Of a DNA stretch of 64,000 nt, positions 10,122 to 19,795 are shown one piece after another. The DNA comes from Candidatus Latescibacterota bacterium (GTDB lineage Bacteria; Latescibacterota; UBA2968). How positions within the stretch are numbered: the stretch's first letter is position 1; every line of letters starts with the position of its first letter. The stretch is from contig OZ241986.1 of assembly GCA_965204375.1 (NCBI GenBank), positions 928,001-992,000 on the forward strand, written 5' to 3'. The translations under genes were made by a program, and so were the position numbers. The notes beneath the pieces were generated by a model, which was given only the letters and a program-made list of their open reading frames with translations, did no database searches and had not been told where the DNA came from.

Positions 10122-11126
10122 ATGAAAATCAATAAAGTCGTATTTCCTGGTGCCAACCAGGTCGAATTTCAAGAACACGAAATGGATACTCAAGCGAGTA
10201 AACCGAACGACATATTTTTAAAAACCGAATACAGCGTTGTCAGTGCCGGCACTGAGTGTGCTCTTTTTAGAGGCTCCGAGACCTGGGCAAAGCACCCCAT
10301 CAGCCCCGGTTACGGAGCAGTAGGTAAGGTCGTTTCGGTCGGCGGAGGATTTGAAGACATTAAAGAAGGAGATATGGTATTTACTTACGGCAACCACGGC
10401 AGCTATATCCAGGGAAACAGAATGATAGTTAAAGTACCCGATGGCATCGACCCAAAGTTGGCTGTGGTTGCCAGAATGGCCCAGGTTTCATTCACACCGC
10501 TTCGAGCTTCCGAGGCGATTCTTGGAGATTTCGTAGCAGTCATCGGACAGGGACTGGTGGGTAATATTGCTGCTCAACTTTTTGTTAATAGCGGCTGCAA
10601 GGTCATTGGTATTGACGTGATGGACAGTCGTTTGAAACTGGCTAACGAGTGCGGAATTGATTTCACTATCAATGCTCTGAATGAAAATGTAACGGACAGA
10701 ATTAAGGAAATCACCGGTGGTGCCATGTGTTCCACTGTGGTTGAAGCCAGTGGAATTCCCGACCAATCCTCCGTTGCTGCAGATTGCGCAGGGAAAAAAG
10801 GAGAGGTTATTTTAGTAGGAACTCCAAGAGGAGAGTTCAAAGGAGACACTGTAGAATTTCTTCGAAAAATTCACCTCTGGGAACAAGGCTGCGTTACTTT
10901 CAAAGGGGCTCACGAATGGAAATATCCCGATAAAATTTCTCCGAAGAATGACTATAAAATATCCATTGAAAAAAACATCATGGATTACTTTGACCTGGTC
11001 AAAAAAGGAAAATTAAAAATCGAACCTTTGATCAGCCATGTTGCCGATCCCAAGGACTGCAAAGAAATTTACGAGCAGCTTAACAAGGGAAACCCGGACT
11101 ACTCGGGCGTTGTATTTAAGTGGTAA
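10122..11126 (+). CDS. MDR-superfamily (zinc-binding alcohol dehydrogenase-like) oxidoreductase
   Basis: VSAGTE, PGYGAVG, Rossmann GQGLVG, VVEASG. Confidence 0.88.
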   Translation: MKINKVVFPGANQVEFQEHEMDTQASKPNDIFLKTEYSVVSAGTECALFRGSETWAKHPISPGYGAVGKVVSVGGGFEDIKEGDMVFTYGNHGSYIQGNRMIVKVPDGIDPKLAVVARMAQVSFTPLRASEAILGDFVAVIGQGLVGNIAAQLFVNSGCKVIGIDVMDSRLKLANECGIDFTINALNENVTDRIKEITGGAMCSTVVEASGIPDQSSVAADCAGKKGEVILVGTPRGEFKGDTVEFLRKIHLWEQGCVTFKGAHEWKYPDKISPKNDYKISIEKNIMDYFDLVKKGKLKIEPLISHVADPKDCKEIYEQLNKGNPDYSGVVFKW

Positions 11127-11178
11127 ACGAAGGATTAACCATTTGATGCATCAGAAGGTCTGACCGACAGGAGTTTGA

Positions 11179-12591
11179 ATGAGTTTACCCAACATCATTT
11201 TCATCATCACGGATCAGCAGCGTTACGACACCATCGCGGGTCTCGGCGCTTCGTTCATGCAAACTCCGCACCTGGATCGGCTTGTCAGTGAGGGTGTCAG
11301 TTTTGACCAGTGTCACTGTACTGGTGCTGTTTGCGTGCCCTCACGAGCCAGTCTCTTCAGTATGGAATACCCACACACTGTCCGCAGCTACACAAATAGC
11401 TCACCCTGGCAGCAGTGCTGGGTAGAGGATTTTCAGAAGGTCGGGTACCACACCATCAACGTCGGCAAAATGCACACGAACCCAATCGACGGGGCTTTTG
11501 GCTTCGACCAGCGATACATCGTCGAGAACAAGGATCGAGCACTACCCTACGGCCATCCTCACGGAGGCTTCCTGGACGAATGGGATAAATTCATGCTCAA
11601 CTGCGGCGTCCGGAAGCCATCCCGAGAAACTTACCGTCTAGAGGATCCGAATTGGTCAACTGGGTTAGGTGCATTCGAATGGCCGTTGGAAGAAAAATTC
11701 CATCCGGATACATTTGTAGGCACAATGGCACAATGGGCTGTTGAAACACGCGAAGCGGACACGCCTCTCTTCCTGCAGATCGGATTTCCTGGCCCGCACC
11801 CACCTTACGACCCTCCCAGACGTTTCCTGGACCTTTACGAAAACACTGACATCCCGGTTTCTCTCGTCACCGACGAAGAGCTTGCCGCTCAACCGCCTTA
11901 CCATAAAGCGTATCGCAGCGCTATGATGAAGGGACATCCCGACGCCGTGAAGTGGCATGAAAGACCGTCGGAAGCACAGCTGCTCAGACTCTGGAAGCAT
12001 TATGCTGCCAACGTCACCCTCATCGACGAGCAGGTCGGCCAAATCCTTTCCTCTCTTGAGAATAATGGATATCTCGAAGACGCCATTGTCGTATTCATGT
12101 CCGATCATGGTGATTGCTTAGGCGATCACGGTCATACCCAGAAGTGGACGATGTACGATGCCGTCACCCGAGTCCCGGCAATCGTGTGGGCACCCGGCAA
12201 GCTACCCGAGGGAAAGCGTACAAACGCTCTCATTCAGCACATGGATCTGGTTCCCTTGCTATTTGAGCTTGCAGGGGTTGATCAACCCGACCATTCAGGC
12301 GCCCAATCGGCTCTGCCCGTTGCTCTGGGCGAATCTGACGGACGTGATGCCGTATTCGCGGAGCTGGCCGGTCGGGGAAGCAATGCGTATCTCAACATGG
12401 TTCGCACCCAAGACTGGAAGTTGGTGCATTATCTCGACCATTCTGATTTCGGAGAGCTTTACAACCTGAATGCGGATCCGTCCGAAATTCACAATCTCTG
12501 GACACAGCCGGAATACGACCCCACCAAAACAGAGCTGCTGAAAATCCTACGTGAGTGGCATCTCCGTCAATCGGCAATTTATAGGGGGTAA
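11179..12591 (+). CDS. Sulfatase
   Basis: PNIIFIITDQQR, CVPSRAS, GKMH, GPHPPY, SDHGD. Confidence 0.95.
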   Translation: MSLPNIIFIITDQQRYDTIAGLGASFMQTPHLDRLVSEGVSFDQCHCTGAVCVPSRASLFSMEYPHTVRSYTNSSPWQQCWVEDFQKVGYHTINVGKMHTNPIDGAFGFDQRYIVENKDRALPYGHPHGGFLDEWDKFMLNCGVRKPSRETYRLEDPNWSTGLGAFEWPLEEKFHPDTFVGTMAQWAVETREADTPLFLQIGFPGPHPPYDPPRRFLDLYENTDIPVSLVTDEELAAQPPYHKAYRSAMMKGHPDAVKWHERPSEAQLLRLWKHYAANVTLIDEQVGQILSSLENNGYLEDAIVVFMSDHGDCLGDHGHTQKWTMYDAVTRVPAIVWAPGKLPEGKRTNALIQHMDLVPLLFELAGVDQPDHSGAQSALPVALGESDGRDAVFAELAGRGSNAYLNMVRTQDWKLVHYLDHSDFGELYNLNADPSEIHNLWTQPEYDPTKTELLKILREWHLRQSAIYRG

Positions 12592-12812
12592 AATCAGAGA
12601 AACTGCGGGAAAGCATGATTTTGAAAGCCACGCGTGCATTTCTCGATCCAAACCGGTTTTCCGTTCCAATTCATGACGAAAAATTAGTTTAAACAAGGTA
12701 AAGGAGTTTGCATAACATGAAACAACGCCAATTTGTCCAACCTGCCGTGGCAAGTGGTGCCAGTCTATCCGGAGAGAACAGTGCTTTAGGAGCCGCGCCC
12801 CCGGTCAGCTCG

Positions 12813-12851
12813 ATGATTGCTGAAGAAATCGATCTGGGAAAACCCATCCTT
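12813..12851. repeat. 39-bp copy of an internal segment (18340..18378) of the gene at 18277..19746
   Basis: ATGATTGCTGAAGAAATCGATCTGGGAAAA(C/G)CCATCCTT, 38/39 identical. Confidence 0.9.
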
Positions 12852-13596
12852 ACGCCGTTTCCACTACGTTAGGACGGCGGGCGGATGGGGGCGTGAGAAC
12901 GCGCTTTTGTTGCTCGGTCAGGTCTTCGTAGTCGTCGTGATTGTAGTATATTGACGCGTAGGAAACGTGGCCGGGGGTGAATTTGTAGAGTAGGGTTCTG
13001 CGTTCGTTTTCAGCAGTCCAGGGCAAGGTGCCGTGCATCGTCGCTTCTGTGAAGATGAGGGCGTCGCCTGTTTCTGCACTTGGATTGGCGAGGTAGTGAG
13101 GAATGCACTTAAAGGAGCGAACCTCTTCGGGGACGTTGAGGGCAAAATTGGATTTGTGTGAACCGGGTACGCAGCAGAATCCGCCAGAACCTGGGGGGGC
13201 GGGTGCAAGGAAGTAAACGACTACGGTCAAGCCATTGCGCATGACGCCGTCGCGATATTTGTAATAGTGCGTGCCTGCACGATGGTCCCCACCATGGAGG
13301 CCACCTTTGCGCCCGCCTTGACGCATAAAGATGCCGTAGTCGTGGTCGGCACGAAATTGGGGACCGAGGAGTTCGCTGAGGTAAGGAATCATGTTGGGGT
13401 GGTCAAACAGATTTTGGAAGGGTTTGCCCCAGAGCGAGACTCTGCGGGGAATCTTGAGTCCGTTACTCATTTCCTCCTGGTCAGCCATTTTTTGATCGGC
13501 AATTGCATTGAGTTCATCTACTTCGGCTTGAGAGAGTACATTTTTGACAACGATGTATCCTTGCAGGTCAAATATGAATTTTTCTTCGGGTGTCAT
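12850..13596 (-). CDS. PhyH-family Fe/2OG dioxygenase
   Basis: FDLQGYIVVKNVLS, GGFCCVPGSHK, GDALIFTEATMHG, ERRTL. Start at MTPEEKF after GGAG. Confidence 0.9.
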   Translation of the reverse strand: MTPEEKFIFDLQGYIVVKNVLSQAEVDELNAIADQKMADQEEMSNGLKIPRRVSLWGKPFQNLFDHPNMIPYLSELLGPQFRADHDYGIFMRQGGRKGGLHGGDHRAGTHYYKYRDGVMRNGLTVVVYFLAPAPPGSGGFCCVPGSHKSNFALNVPEEVRSFKCIPHYLANPSAETGDALIFTEATMHGTLPWTAENERRTLLYKFTPGHVSYASIYYNHDDYEDLTEQQKRVLTPPSARRPNVVETA

Positions 13597-13702
13597 GGAG
13601 AATCTCCCTTTGTTTGACAACAAACAGCATAAACGATGGCGTCACATTCGGTGCCCCATTTTTTGTAAACAAACTCCGATGTAATGTCCCAATTCAAAAC
13701 CA

Positions 13703-15187
13703 TCATACCCTGTCAGCCCCGCCGAGAAGCTGCTCTCTGGTCATTACCTTGACAGGTGGCAGGTTATCGACCATTCCCGCGTCCGTGCGTCGAAGCTCAT
13801 CAATGGTCCCTTGCCGAAGTTGGGCGAGCAACTCGTGGTAATCGGATTCCAAAGCGAGGTTTTCCAGTTCCTCAGGATCATTCTCGAGATCGTACATCTC
13901 TTCGATCTCCCCGGGGACGAGCCAGCGGATATATTTGTACTTTCCCGTGCACAGAGATACCCACCAGGGGATAGGAGGATTGCCTATTGGCTCACCACAG
14001 CCGACATCGGTGTCTTCCCCAAAATAATGACCTGTACACTCCATCAGCAGCGGGCGATCCCATTCGGCGTTGGGGTCGGAGAGCAATGGTGTCAGGTCCT
14101 CCCCGTGCATCTTCCAGGGTTGTTCCATGCCGATCAACGAGAGAAAGGTCGGTGGGATATCCTGGCCGCCGATTGGCACATCGCATACTGTGCCTGCAGG
14201 AATCCGTCCCGGCATCCGCATGATCATCGGCGCTTTGATATTGGCATCATAGGGCGCCACCTTGAGTCGAAAGCCGTGCTGTCCCCAGGCAAATCCCTGG
14301 TCCGACGTAAAGACGACCAGGGTATCATCCAATTGCCCCATCTCCTCTATGGCGCCGATCACCCTACCAACCCCTTCATCCAGGGCGCGCACGCCCCGGT
14401 TGTATTGTTGTTCCCAATCGGTGAGGGTCCGTCCATCCCGAATGCCTACCGGTTGGCCCTGATCGCCCTCGCGCCAAACACCATAGTCCCGCATATGTGT
14501 CGCCTTGGTCGGGCGCGGCGGATAGATGTCTTCTGGCGTGGGGACCTGGGGAACATCTGGATAATCCTGGAGATGGCGGTCAGCCACTTCCCAGGGTCCG
14601 TGTACTGCGTCATAGCACAGCCAGAGGTGCCAGGGCTTATCCGGTTCCTCTGCCCGTCCACGGAGAAATTCAAGTGCATACTCCGTGTAGTTATCGGTAG
14701 AATAGCCGCCAACCGGTTCCGGCGGCCCCCCGTTGATGCTCATGTTCTGATTGACATAATAGGGCCCGTATTTCTCGGGTTGGCTGTGGTCCCAGATGGC
14801 AGAAAAATCCCAGTACCGACCGTGACCATGATCGGGACCTGTGTGCCATTTGCCGACGATGCCTGTGTACCAACCGTTCTCACGGAGATTCTCGAGCCAG
14901 TACGGACACTGGTCTGGATCACGGACATAGTTTGGGTAGCTCGAGGGCAGGTGCATGCTCATCACGCCATGCGGCAATTTTCCGGTCAGGTACGTGGCGC
15001 GTGAAGGCGCACACCAGGCACTGGTATAGCAGTTGGAAAAACGCATCCCCTCATGGGCGAGGCGATCGATGTTTGGCGTACTGATCCACGAATGCGCCTC
15101 GGGATAGCAACTCACAGACCGAAAGCTCTGATCGTCGGTGAAGATGTATAAAATGTTGCGCGGACAGTTCGATTGATCATCGTTCAT
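13703..15187 (-). CDS. Sulfatase
   Basis: NILYIFTDDQ, CAPSRA, GKWH, FTSDQG. Confidence 0.95.
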   Translation of the reverse strand: MNDDQSNCPRNILYIFTDDQSFRSVSCYPEAHSWISTPNIDRLAHEGMRFSNCYTSAWCAPSRATYLTGKLPHGVMSMHLPSSYPNYVRDPDQCPYWLENLRENGWYTGIVGKWHTGPDHGHGRYWDFSAIWDHSQPEKYGPYYVNQNMSINGGPPEPVGGYSTDNYTEYALEFLRGRAEEPDKPWHLWLCYDAVHGPWEVADRHLQDYPDVPQVPTPEDIYPPRPTKATHMRDYGVWREGDQGQPVGIRDGRTLTDWEQQYNRGVRALDEGVGRVIGAIEEMGQLDDTLVVFTSDQGFAWGQHGFRLKVAPYDANIKAPMIMRMPGRIPAGTVCDVPIGGQDIPPTFLSLIGMEQPWKMHGEDLTPLLSDPNAEWDRPLLMECTGHYFGEDTDVGCGEPIGNPPIPWWVSLCTGKYKYIRWLVPGEIEEMYDLENDPEELENLALESDYHELLAQLRQGTIDELRRTDAGMVDNLPPVKVMTREQLLGGADRV

Positions 15188-15247
15188 TTTGATTCTCCGT
15201 AATCTATGGTCAGGTAACCAGACCGTGGTTCGCTTCTATTTTCTCGA

Positions 15248-16315
15248 TTAGACCTCAGAGCCTGCAACAGTGCGAACGGCCTCGCTCCAGTCATCCCAAA
15301 GCCCCGGACCCTCTGAGCGAGGCTCTGGTGGTGGGACTTCTTGCCCGAGTTCAAGTCCATGGAGTTTCCTCACATTAGGCGGTGGCGATGGTCGTGGCCC
15401 TTTGACATAACGGCCGTTGTATGCTCTGTCATATACAGACTTTTTGTACGCATCATAAAGAATCATCTGTCGAATCTGCGGAGGGTTGCTGTAGTTCCGC
15501 GTTGCCGAGTGGAACATGCGTCCGTGCCACAAGACCACATCTCCCTCGTCACCAAAGAACTCAAAGGGTTCAATGTTGGCGAGAGCGTCCTTGAGACCTG
15601 GAGGCTGTGGCAGCACGAATGCCGCAGCGCCACTTTCTGGATGGGGTGCGTGCAGGATCGAATAGCGGGCGAGATCTACGGAATCTGGCTCTGCTTCGTA
15701 GAGCAAGCGGTGACTGCCGGGAAAAAGGGCGATGCCACCTCCACCCTGGGGAACCTGGTCAACGTATGCGCTTGCCACCAGATGCACCGGCTCGGGATCA
15801 ATGTGTGCACCGGCACGGATGGCATCCGCCAGAGCAGGTGAGTCGCTCGGACGCTCTCTCGGCAGCACGCAATACATACCGCGCAATTCCTTGCCACCCC
15901 AGACCGGCCAACCACGCAACCGACTTCCACGCGGATCTGGATCGGCCGCGGAGGAAGTTACCTCTGGTGTCACAACTTCACCTTCGCCGAGAAGTTGCTC
16001 AAACCAGGGGAATACGCGGCGTGGAAGCAAGTTGATCAGGTCCTCGTCGCCGGAGAGTTCACGCAGTCGCCAGCCGTGGTCACCAGTGCGATCATTCATG
16101 CCATCAGGCGTGCTTTGACGATCTGCCTCCGGGAGACCGTTTAGCCAGGTTTGAGGATCGTCTCGGCGCAAATGACTTGAGGTGTTTCCTGCCCACAGCC
16201 TGTCCCGCGCTGCAGCACAAAGTTTGGGGTCGAGAATATTTCGTTTAACGAGGAATCCGTTCGTAATAAATTGTTGGATATCTTCCGTGCTCAGTGGTGT
16301 CAATGCTGTGTTCAT
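15248..16315 (-). CDS. PhyH-family Fe/2OG dioxygenase
   Basis: QFITNGFLV, HID, FPGSH, GDVVLWHGRMFHSA. Confidence 0.9.
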   Translation of the reverse strand: MNTALTPLSTEDIQQFITNGFLVKRNILDPKLCAAARDRLWAGNTSSHLRRDDPQTWLNGLPEADRQSTPDGMNDRTGDHGWRLRELSGDEDLINLLPRRVFPWFEQLLGEGEVVTPEVTSSAADPDPRGSRLRGWPVWGGKELRGMYCVLPRERPSDSPALADAIRAGAHIDPEPVHLVASAYVDQVPQGGGGIALFPGSHRLLYEAEPDSVDLARYSILHAPHPESGAAAFVLPQPPGLKDALANIEPFEFFGDEGDVVLWHGRMFHSATRNYSNPPQIRQMILYDAYKKSVYDRAYNGRYVKGPRPSPPPNVRKLHGLELGQEVPPPEPRSEGPGLWDDWSEAVRTVAGSEV

Positions 16316-16458
16316 GGAAATAAGCCTTCTTTCTTCAATACTGAACCATTGTTTGTTCTCCTGACTTCTAATTAATACGAAAAAAAGAGTTGGATTTCAA
16401 CAATTCTTAAAAGACAGGTACTTACGGAAGGCGATATATGTTATTTGGGGCTGGGGTA

Positions 16459-16480
16459 TCAAATCCCTCCGCTCCGACCA
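16459..16480 (+). other. tRNA 3'-end fragment (tRNA-Pro-like); probable att remnant
   Basis: TCAAATCCCTCCGCTCCGACCA: T-loop half plus CCGACCA acceptor end. Upstream sequence does not complete a cloverleaf. Confidence 0.55.
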
Positions 16481-16483
16481 ATA

Positions 16484-16522
16484 CAAAAGGGGTTACGAGT
16501 TTGAATCTTGTAGCCCCTTTTG
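16484..16522. terminator. Hairpin immediately after the tRNA fragment
   Basis: CAAAAGGGGTTACGAG...CTTGTAGCCCCTTTTG inverted repeat with T tract. Confidence 0.7.
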
Positions 16523-16684
16523 TTATGTGTAGGACTGTGGTAGAAATTGGGACTTTGCTCGGAAATCACCCTGAACAAATTCGCTTGCTTCATGTCCGTC
16601 CCTTTGTGTAGTATGCATCCGGATCGTGCCCTTGGACACCAGCAGTAGTTTTGGTGATTTCAAATACATTGAGGAGGAAGAAAA

Positions 16685-18229
16685 ATGAAAGCAAGACCAT
16701 TCAAAGGTGCGAAGATAGGCAAGGCTCTGACCATTGCGTTGCTATTGGCTTTGACCGCGGGCAACGTCGCTGCCCAAAGCCCCACCGAGCTGCCGGCCAA
16801 AGATTTGAGCGCGATTGATTTGTCAAAATCGGAAGGTGCTAAATACTTTCTCATAGTAAAGGCTTATGCCGATTATATGATTACCCACGGGCGCGACCGT
16901 TACGGAACAGAACATTCGCCTCTTTTTGCCACAACGCTTAACCGGGAAACCGGAAATGTATATCGCGAAAATCCTCCCGATGCACCCAAAGGTATCCGCA
17001 ATGGCGATCGCACTTGGCGTGGTTCAAATACGTCAAAAGATAATGGTTTATACAGCATACTTTATCATTTGACAGAAATCACCGGAGATGACAAGTATGC
17101 ACAGGAAGCGGATAAAGCAATCAAATGGTTTTTTGCCAACTGCCAAAGTCCTGAAACAGGATTTATGGCCTGGGGAGAACACATCGGTTGGGATTTTTTT
17201 ACAGAGGCGCCTATTAAAATGGGTACTCGATCTTTGATACACGAGTACAAAATTTTCAATTATTGGGACAAGGTGTGGGAATTTAATCCGGAAGCTGCTG
17301 AAAAGTTTGCACTGGGATTATGGGAACACCAGATTTATGCGCACGAAGGACCAGAAGCGGGTGAGTTTAGCCGACATGCCAGTTATGACACACATAGTCC
17401 TGGAAAAGGAAGAGCTTTTCCCGCACATGGCGGCAATTATATCTATGTTTGGACAAAAGCATATCGGGAAACTGGCAAAGAAGTTTTTTTAACCGCCATT
17501 GAAACCGTATTGAATTATTATGAGCGAAATACAACAGATAAAGGTGCGATCTTATATGCATCAGATTTTCCTGAGCAATATTCTTTGAAACAAAGTATGA
17601 ATCTGGCATCCAATCTTTATCGCGCAAAGGATTTTATGCCCGCAGACCTTGCAAATAGGATGAAGAAATTGTCGGAAGGAACAGATTCTTTGTATTTAAG
17701 TTTTGATCACGATCCATCAAAAGACGGAAAAGGATTTCTTGAATCTGCCAATCTTATGACCCTTGTACCGGGGAATTTTCGGAGGTCAAGTACTGGAACG
17801 GATGCCTGGACTGAAATGTGGTCGGCTGGTTATGGGGTGGGATCGGGAAGTGCCGGGCAGGCAAACAAATGTTATACGCGGTATAAACTAACAGGTATTG
17901 AAGGCTATAGAATCCTTTTTATGAAATCGGTGAATGCCTATTACAACGAAGATCCTCCGCCGTCAGCAGTACTTTATCCCAGCAATTATTCCAGCATATT
18001 TAATACGATGATGAATGCGTATGAATTAACAGGGGCAGAACGTTTTTTAAGCAAAGCAAAAACGTATATGGACTTATCGGTAGAAACTTTTTTGAGTGAT
18101 CAATCACCTCTACCAAAAGCATCAAACCAAAGTGAACATTATGAAGCCATAACAGGTGGCCCAGAATTAATGGAAAATATGCTGCGTTTATGGATGGTAA
18201 TGAACCCTCAGGATCGTACTGGCGAATAG
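16685..18229 (+). CDS. Secreted hypothetical protein, probable (alpha/alpha) toroid lyase/hydrolase (PL2-like N-terminus)
   Basis: Signal peptide; YADYMITHGRDRYGTEHSPLF, TGFMAWGEH, GEFSRH. Strong GAGGAGG RBS. Confidence 0.6.
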   Translation: MKARPFKGAKIGKALTIALLLALTAGNVAAQSPTELPAKDLSAIDLSKSEGAKYFLIVKAYADYMITHGRDRYGTEHSPLFATTLNRETGNVYRENPPDAPKGIRNGDRTWRGSNTSKDNGLYSILYHLTEITGDDKYAQEADKAIKWFFANCQSPETGFMAWGEHIGWDFFTEAPIKMGTRSLIHEYKIFNYWDKVWEFNPEAAEKFALGLWEHQIYAHEGPEAGEFSRHASYDTHSPGKGRAFPAHGGNYIYVWTKAYRETGKEVFLTAIETVLNYYERNTTDKGAILYASDFPEQYSLKQSMNLASNLYRAKDFMPADLANRMKKLSEGTDSLYLSFDHDPSKDGKGFLESANLMTLVPGNFRRSSTGTDAWTEMWSAGYGVGSGSAGQANKCYTRYKLTGIEGYRILFMKSVNAYYNEDPPPSAVLYPSNYSSIFNTMMNAYELTGAERFLSKAKTYMDLSVETFLSDQSPLPKASNQSEHYEAITGGPELMENMLRLWMVMNPQDRTGE

Positions 18230-18276
18230 AGCTATTATGAAAATCCTATGCCAAATTGGGTCGCAAATCCATCAGC

Positions 18277-19746
18277 TCAGCGTTTCACCTGGGTATAGGG
18301 GCTTGAAATATACTGCTTGTAGCCGTTAACCTCTCGTCCATGATTGCTGAAGAAATCGATCTGGGAAAAGCCATCCTTTAACGGTATGGTTGCAGTCCAG
18401 GCACCAGTCTTTGCATCACGTTCCATATCCATCCATTGGTCTGCGGGGATTTGCTCGTGCAAGAATGGGGCGGAACCTGCCGGAGCGCGATCATAGATCC
18501 ACCATATGCGTCCGTCTATCGGCTGAGGTCCTACATTAAAACTCACGCTGACACTTAGTTTGTCCCTAGAGATTTTATAATTTGACTTCGGAGGCTGTAG
18601 CAAGGGCTCGCCACCAAAGAAGTGATGCCAGAGGAAGGCGTCTTTATTCTGTTCGTCCTTTGCCGTAGCGACATGCGGCGTTTGTGAGTGCCCGCCACTG
18701 GGTTCGTAATAGACTGGCAACTGAGGATGATTTTGCGCGCCCCAAAGAATGTCAAATGCAACGTAGTCATGTGTTCCCGGCTGAAAAAGCATATCGACGC
18801 CGCGCTCCGTTAGCCGATCCCAATTCTCCGTAACGCACGCGCTAGACCATAAACGATCCGCAAAGGATTGCATTTCGTCCATGGATTTTCCCGCTTTCAG
18901 CGCCATTTGACCCATGCCGCCCTCAGATCCCACCATAACGCGCTGATAAACTCTCCCGCGTTGTTGATCCAGATCGATATCGCCAGCCTTGACGGCTTCA
19001 AAGAATGCTTTGTTTGCCTCTTCAGCTTTGGCGACTTCTTCCCTGTCGGCTCTTCGAGTCGGCGAAAAGTAAGCAGGCGCATGGTTGGAGCAAGTCGCGG
19101 TAAAACGCTCGTCATTTATTAAGGCGACCGCGGGCGACATGCCGTTCTTGGAGCTGCCCGAGCCGGCAACCTTGCCTTTTTCGAAATGGTCGCTCTCCGC
19201 ATACGCCGCGGTGGTTGCCCGCATTAAGGTCATCGACCAGATCCAGAGAGTCGTGTAGCGGGGATTCAGATCTTTCATAAACATGCGCCCCATTTTTTGA
19301 TCCAAGCCCCGTTTGCCCGGAATCTGCCTGAACGCCTTGACGTGCGTCTTGACGATACCAACGCCACCTGCCAGCAGTTTCGCCTGAAAGTCAGTTGGAC
19401 GCGAGTCTTCCATCAGCCCTTCATAGGGATTGGCTCCGGTAATGCTAAAGCCCTTCGCCTTGCCTTCGAGCGGAACAATCATACGCACCGGGATCCGATA
19501 ATCTTGTCCAGGCCACCATTCGGCGACATTGATTTCGATTAGCTTCTGTCGCGTCGTGCCTGTCACCTCGTCCACGTGCCAGTCCTTCAACGTCTTTATA
19601 TCCAGCGTGCTTTCGTCAAGAATCTCTTCGATATTGAACATGTCGCAGTTCATACCAGAATCCTTCTCAGAATCGGCAGCAAACGCTACGGAAATCGTAA
19701 AAGTCGCGAGAATAACCAGCGATGCCATTATTCTAATTCTATCCAT
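18277..19746 (-). CDS. Secreted hypothetical alpha/beta-hydrolase-like protein (PqaA-like)
   Basis: Signal peptide from MDRIRIMAS; GSGSSKNG nucleophile elbow; GTHD and GGH motifs. Confidence 0.6.
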   Translation of the reverse strand: MDRIRIMASLVILATFTISVAFAADSEKDSGMNCDMFNIEEILDESTLDIKTLKDWHVDEVTGTTRQKLIEINVAEWWPGQDYRIPVRMIVPLEGKAKGFSITGANPYEGLMEDSRPTDFQAKLLAGGVGIVKTHVKAFRQIPGKRGLDQKMGRMFMKDLNPRYTTLWIWSMTLMRATTAAYAESDHFEKGKVAGSGSSKNGMSPAVALINDERFTATCSNHAPAYFSPTRRADREEVAKAEEANKAFFEAVKAGDIDLDQQRGRVYQRVMVGSEGGMGQMALKAGKSMDEMQSFADRLWSSACVTENWDRLTERGVDMLFQPGTHDYVAFDILWGAQNHPQLPVYYEPSGGHSQTPHVATAKDEQNKDAFLWHHFFGGEPLLQPPKSNYKISRDKLSVSVSFNVGPQPIDGRIWWIYDRAPAGSAPFLHEQIPADQWMDMERDAKTGAWTATIPLKDGFSQIDFFSNHGREVNGYKQYISSPYTQVKR

Positions 19747-19795
19747 TGCCTTCTCCTTTGCAGATTTAGTGTGTCTCGCACGTTGGCACTGCGGG

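Noticed and set aside
13811-15004. Long antisense ORFs (also 35451..36620, 51315..52625, 6819..7673, 7695..8459)
   Set aside because: They are shadows of well-supported genes on the opposite strand and contain no motifs.
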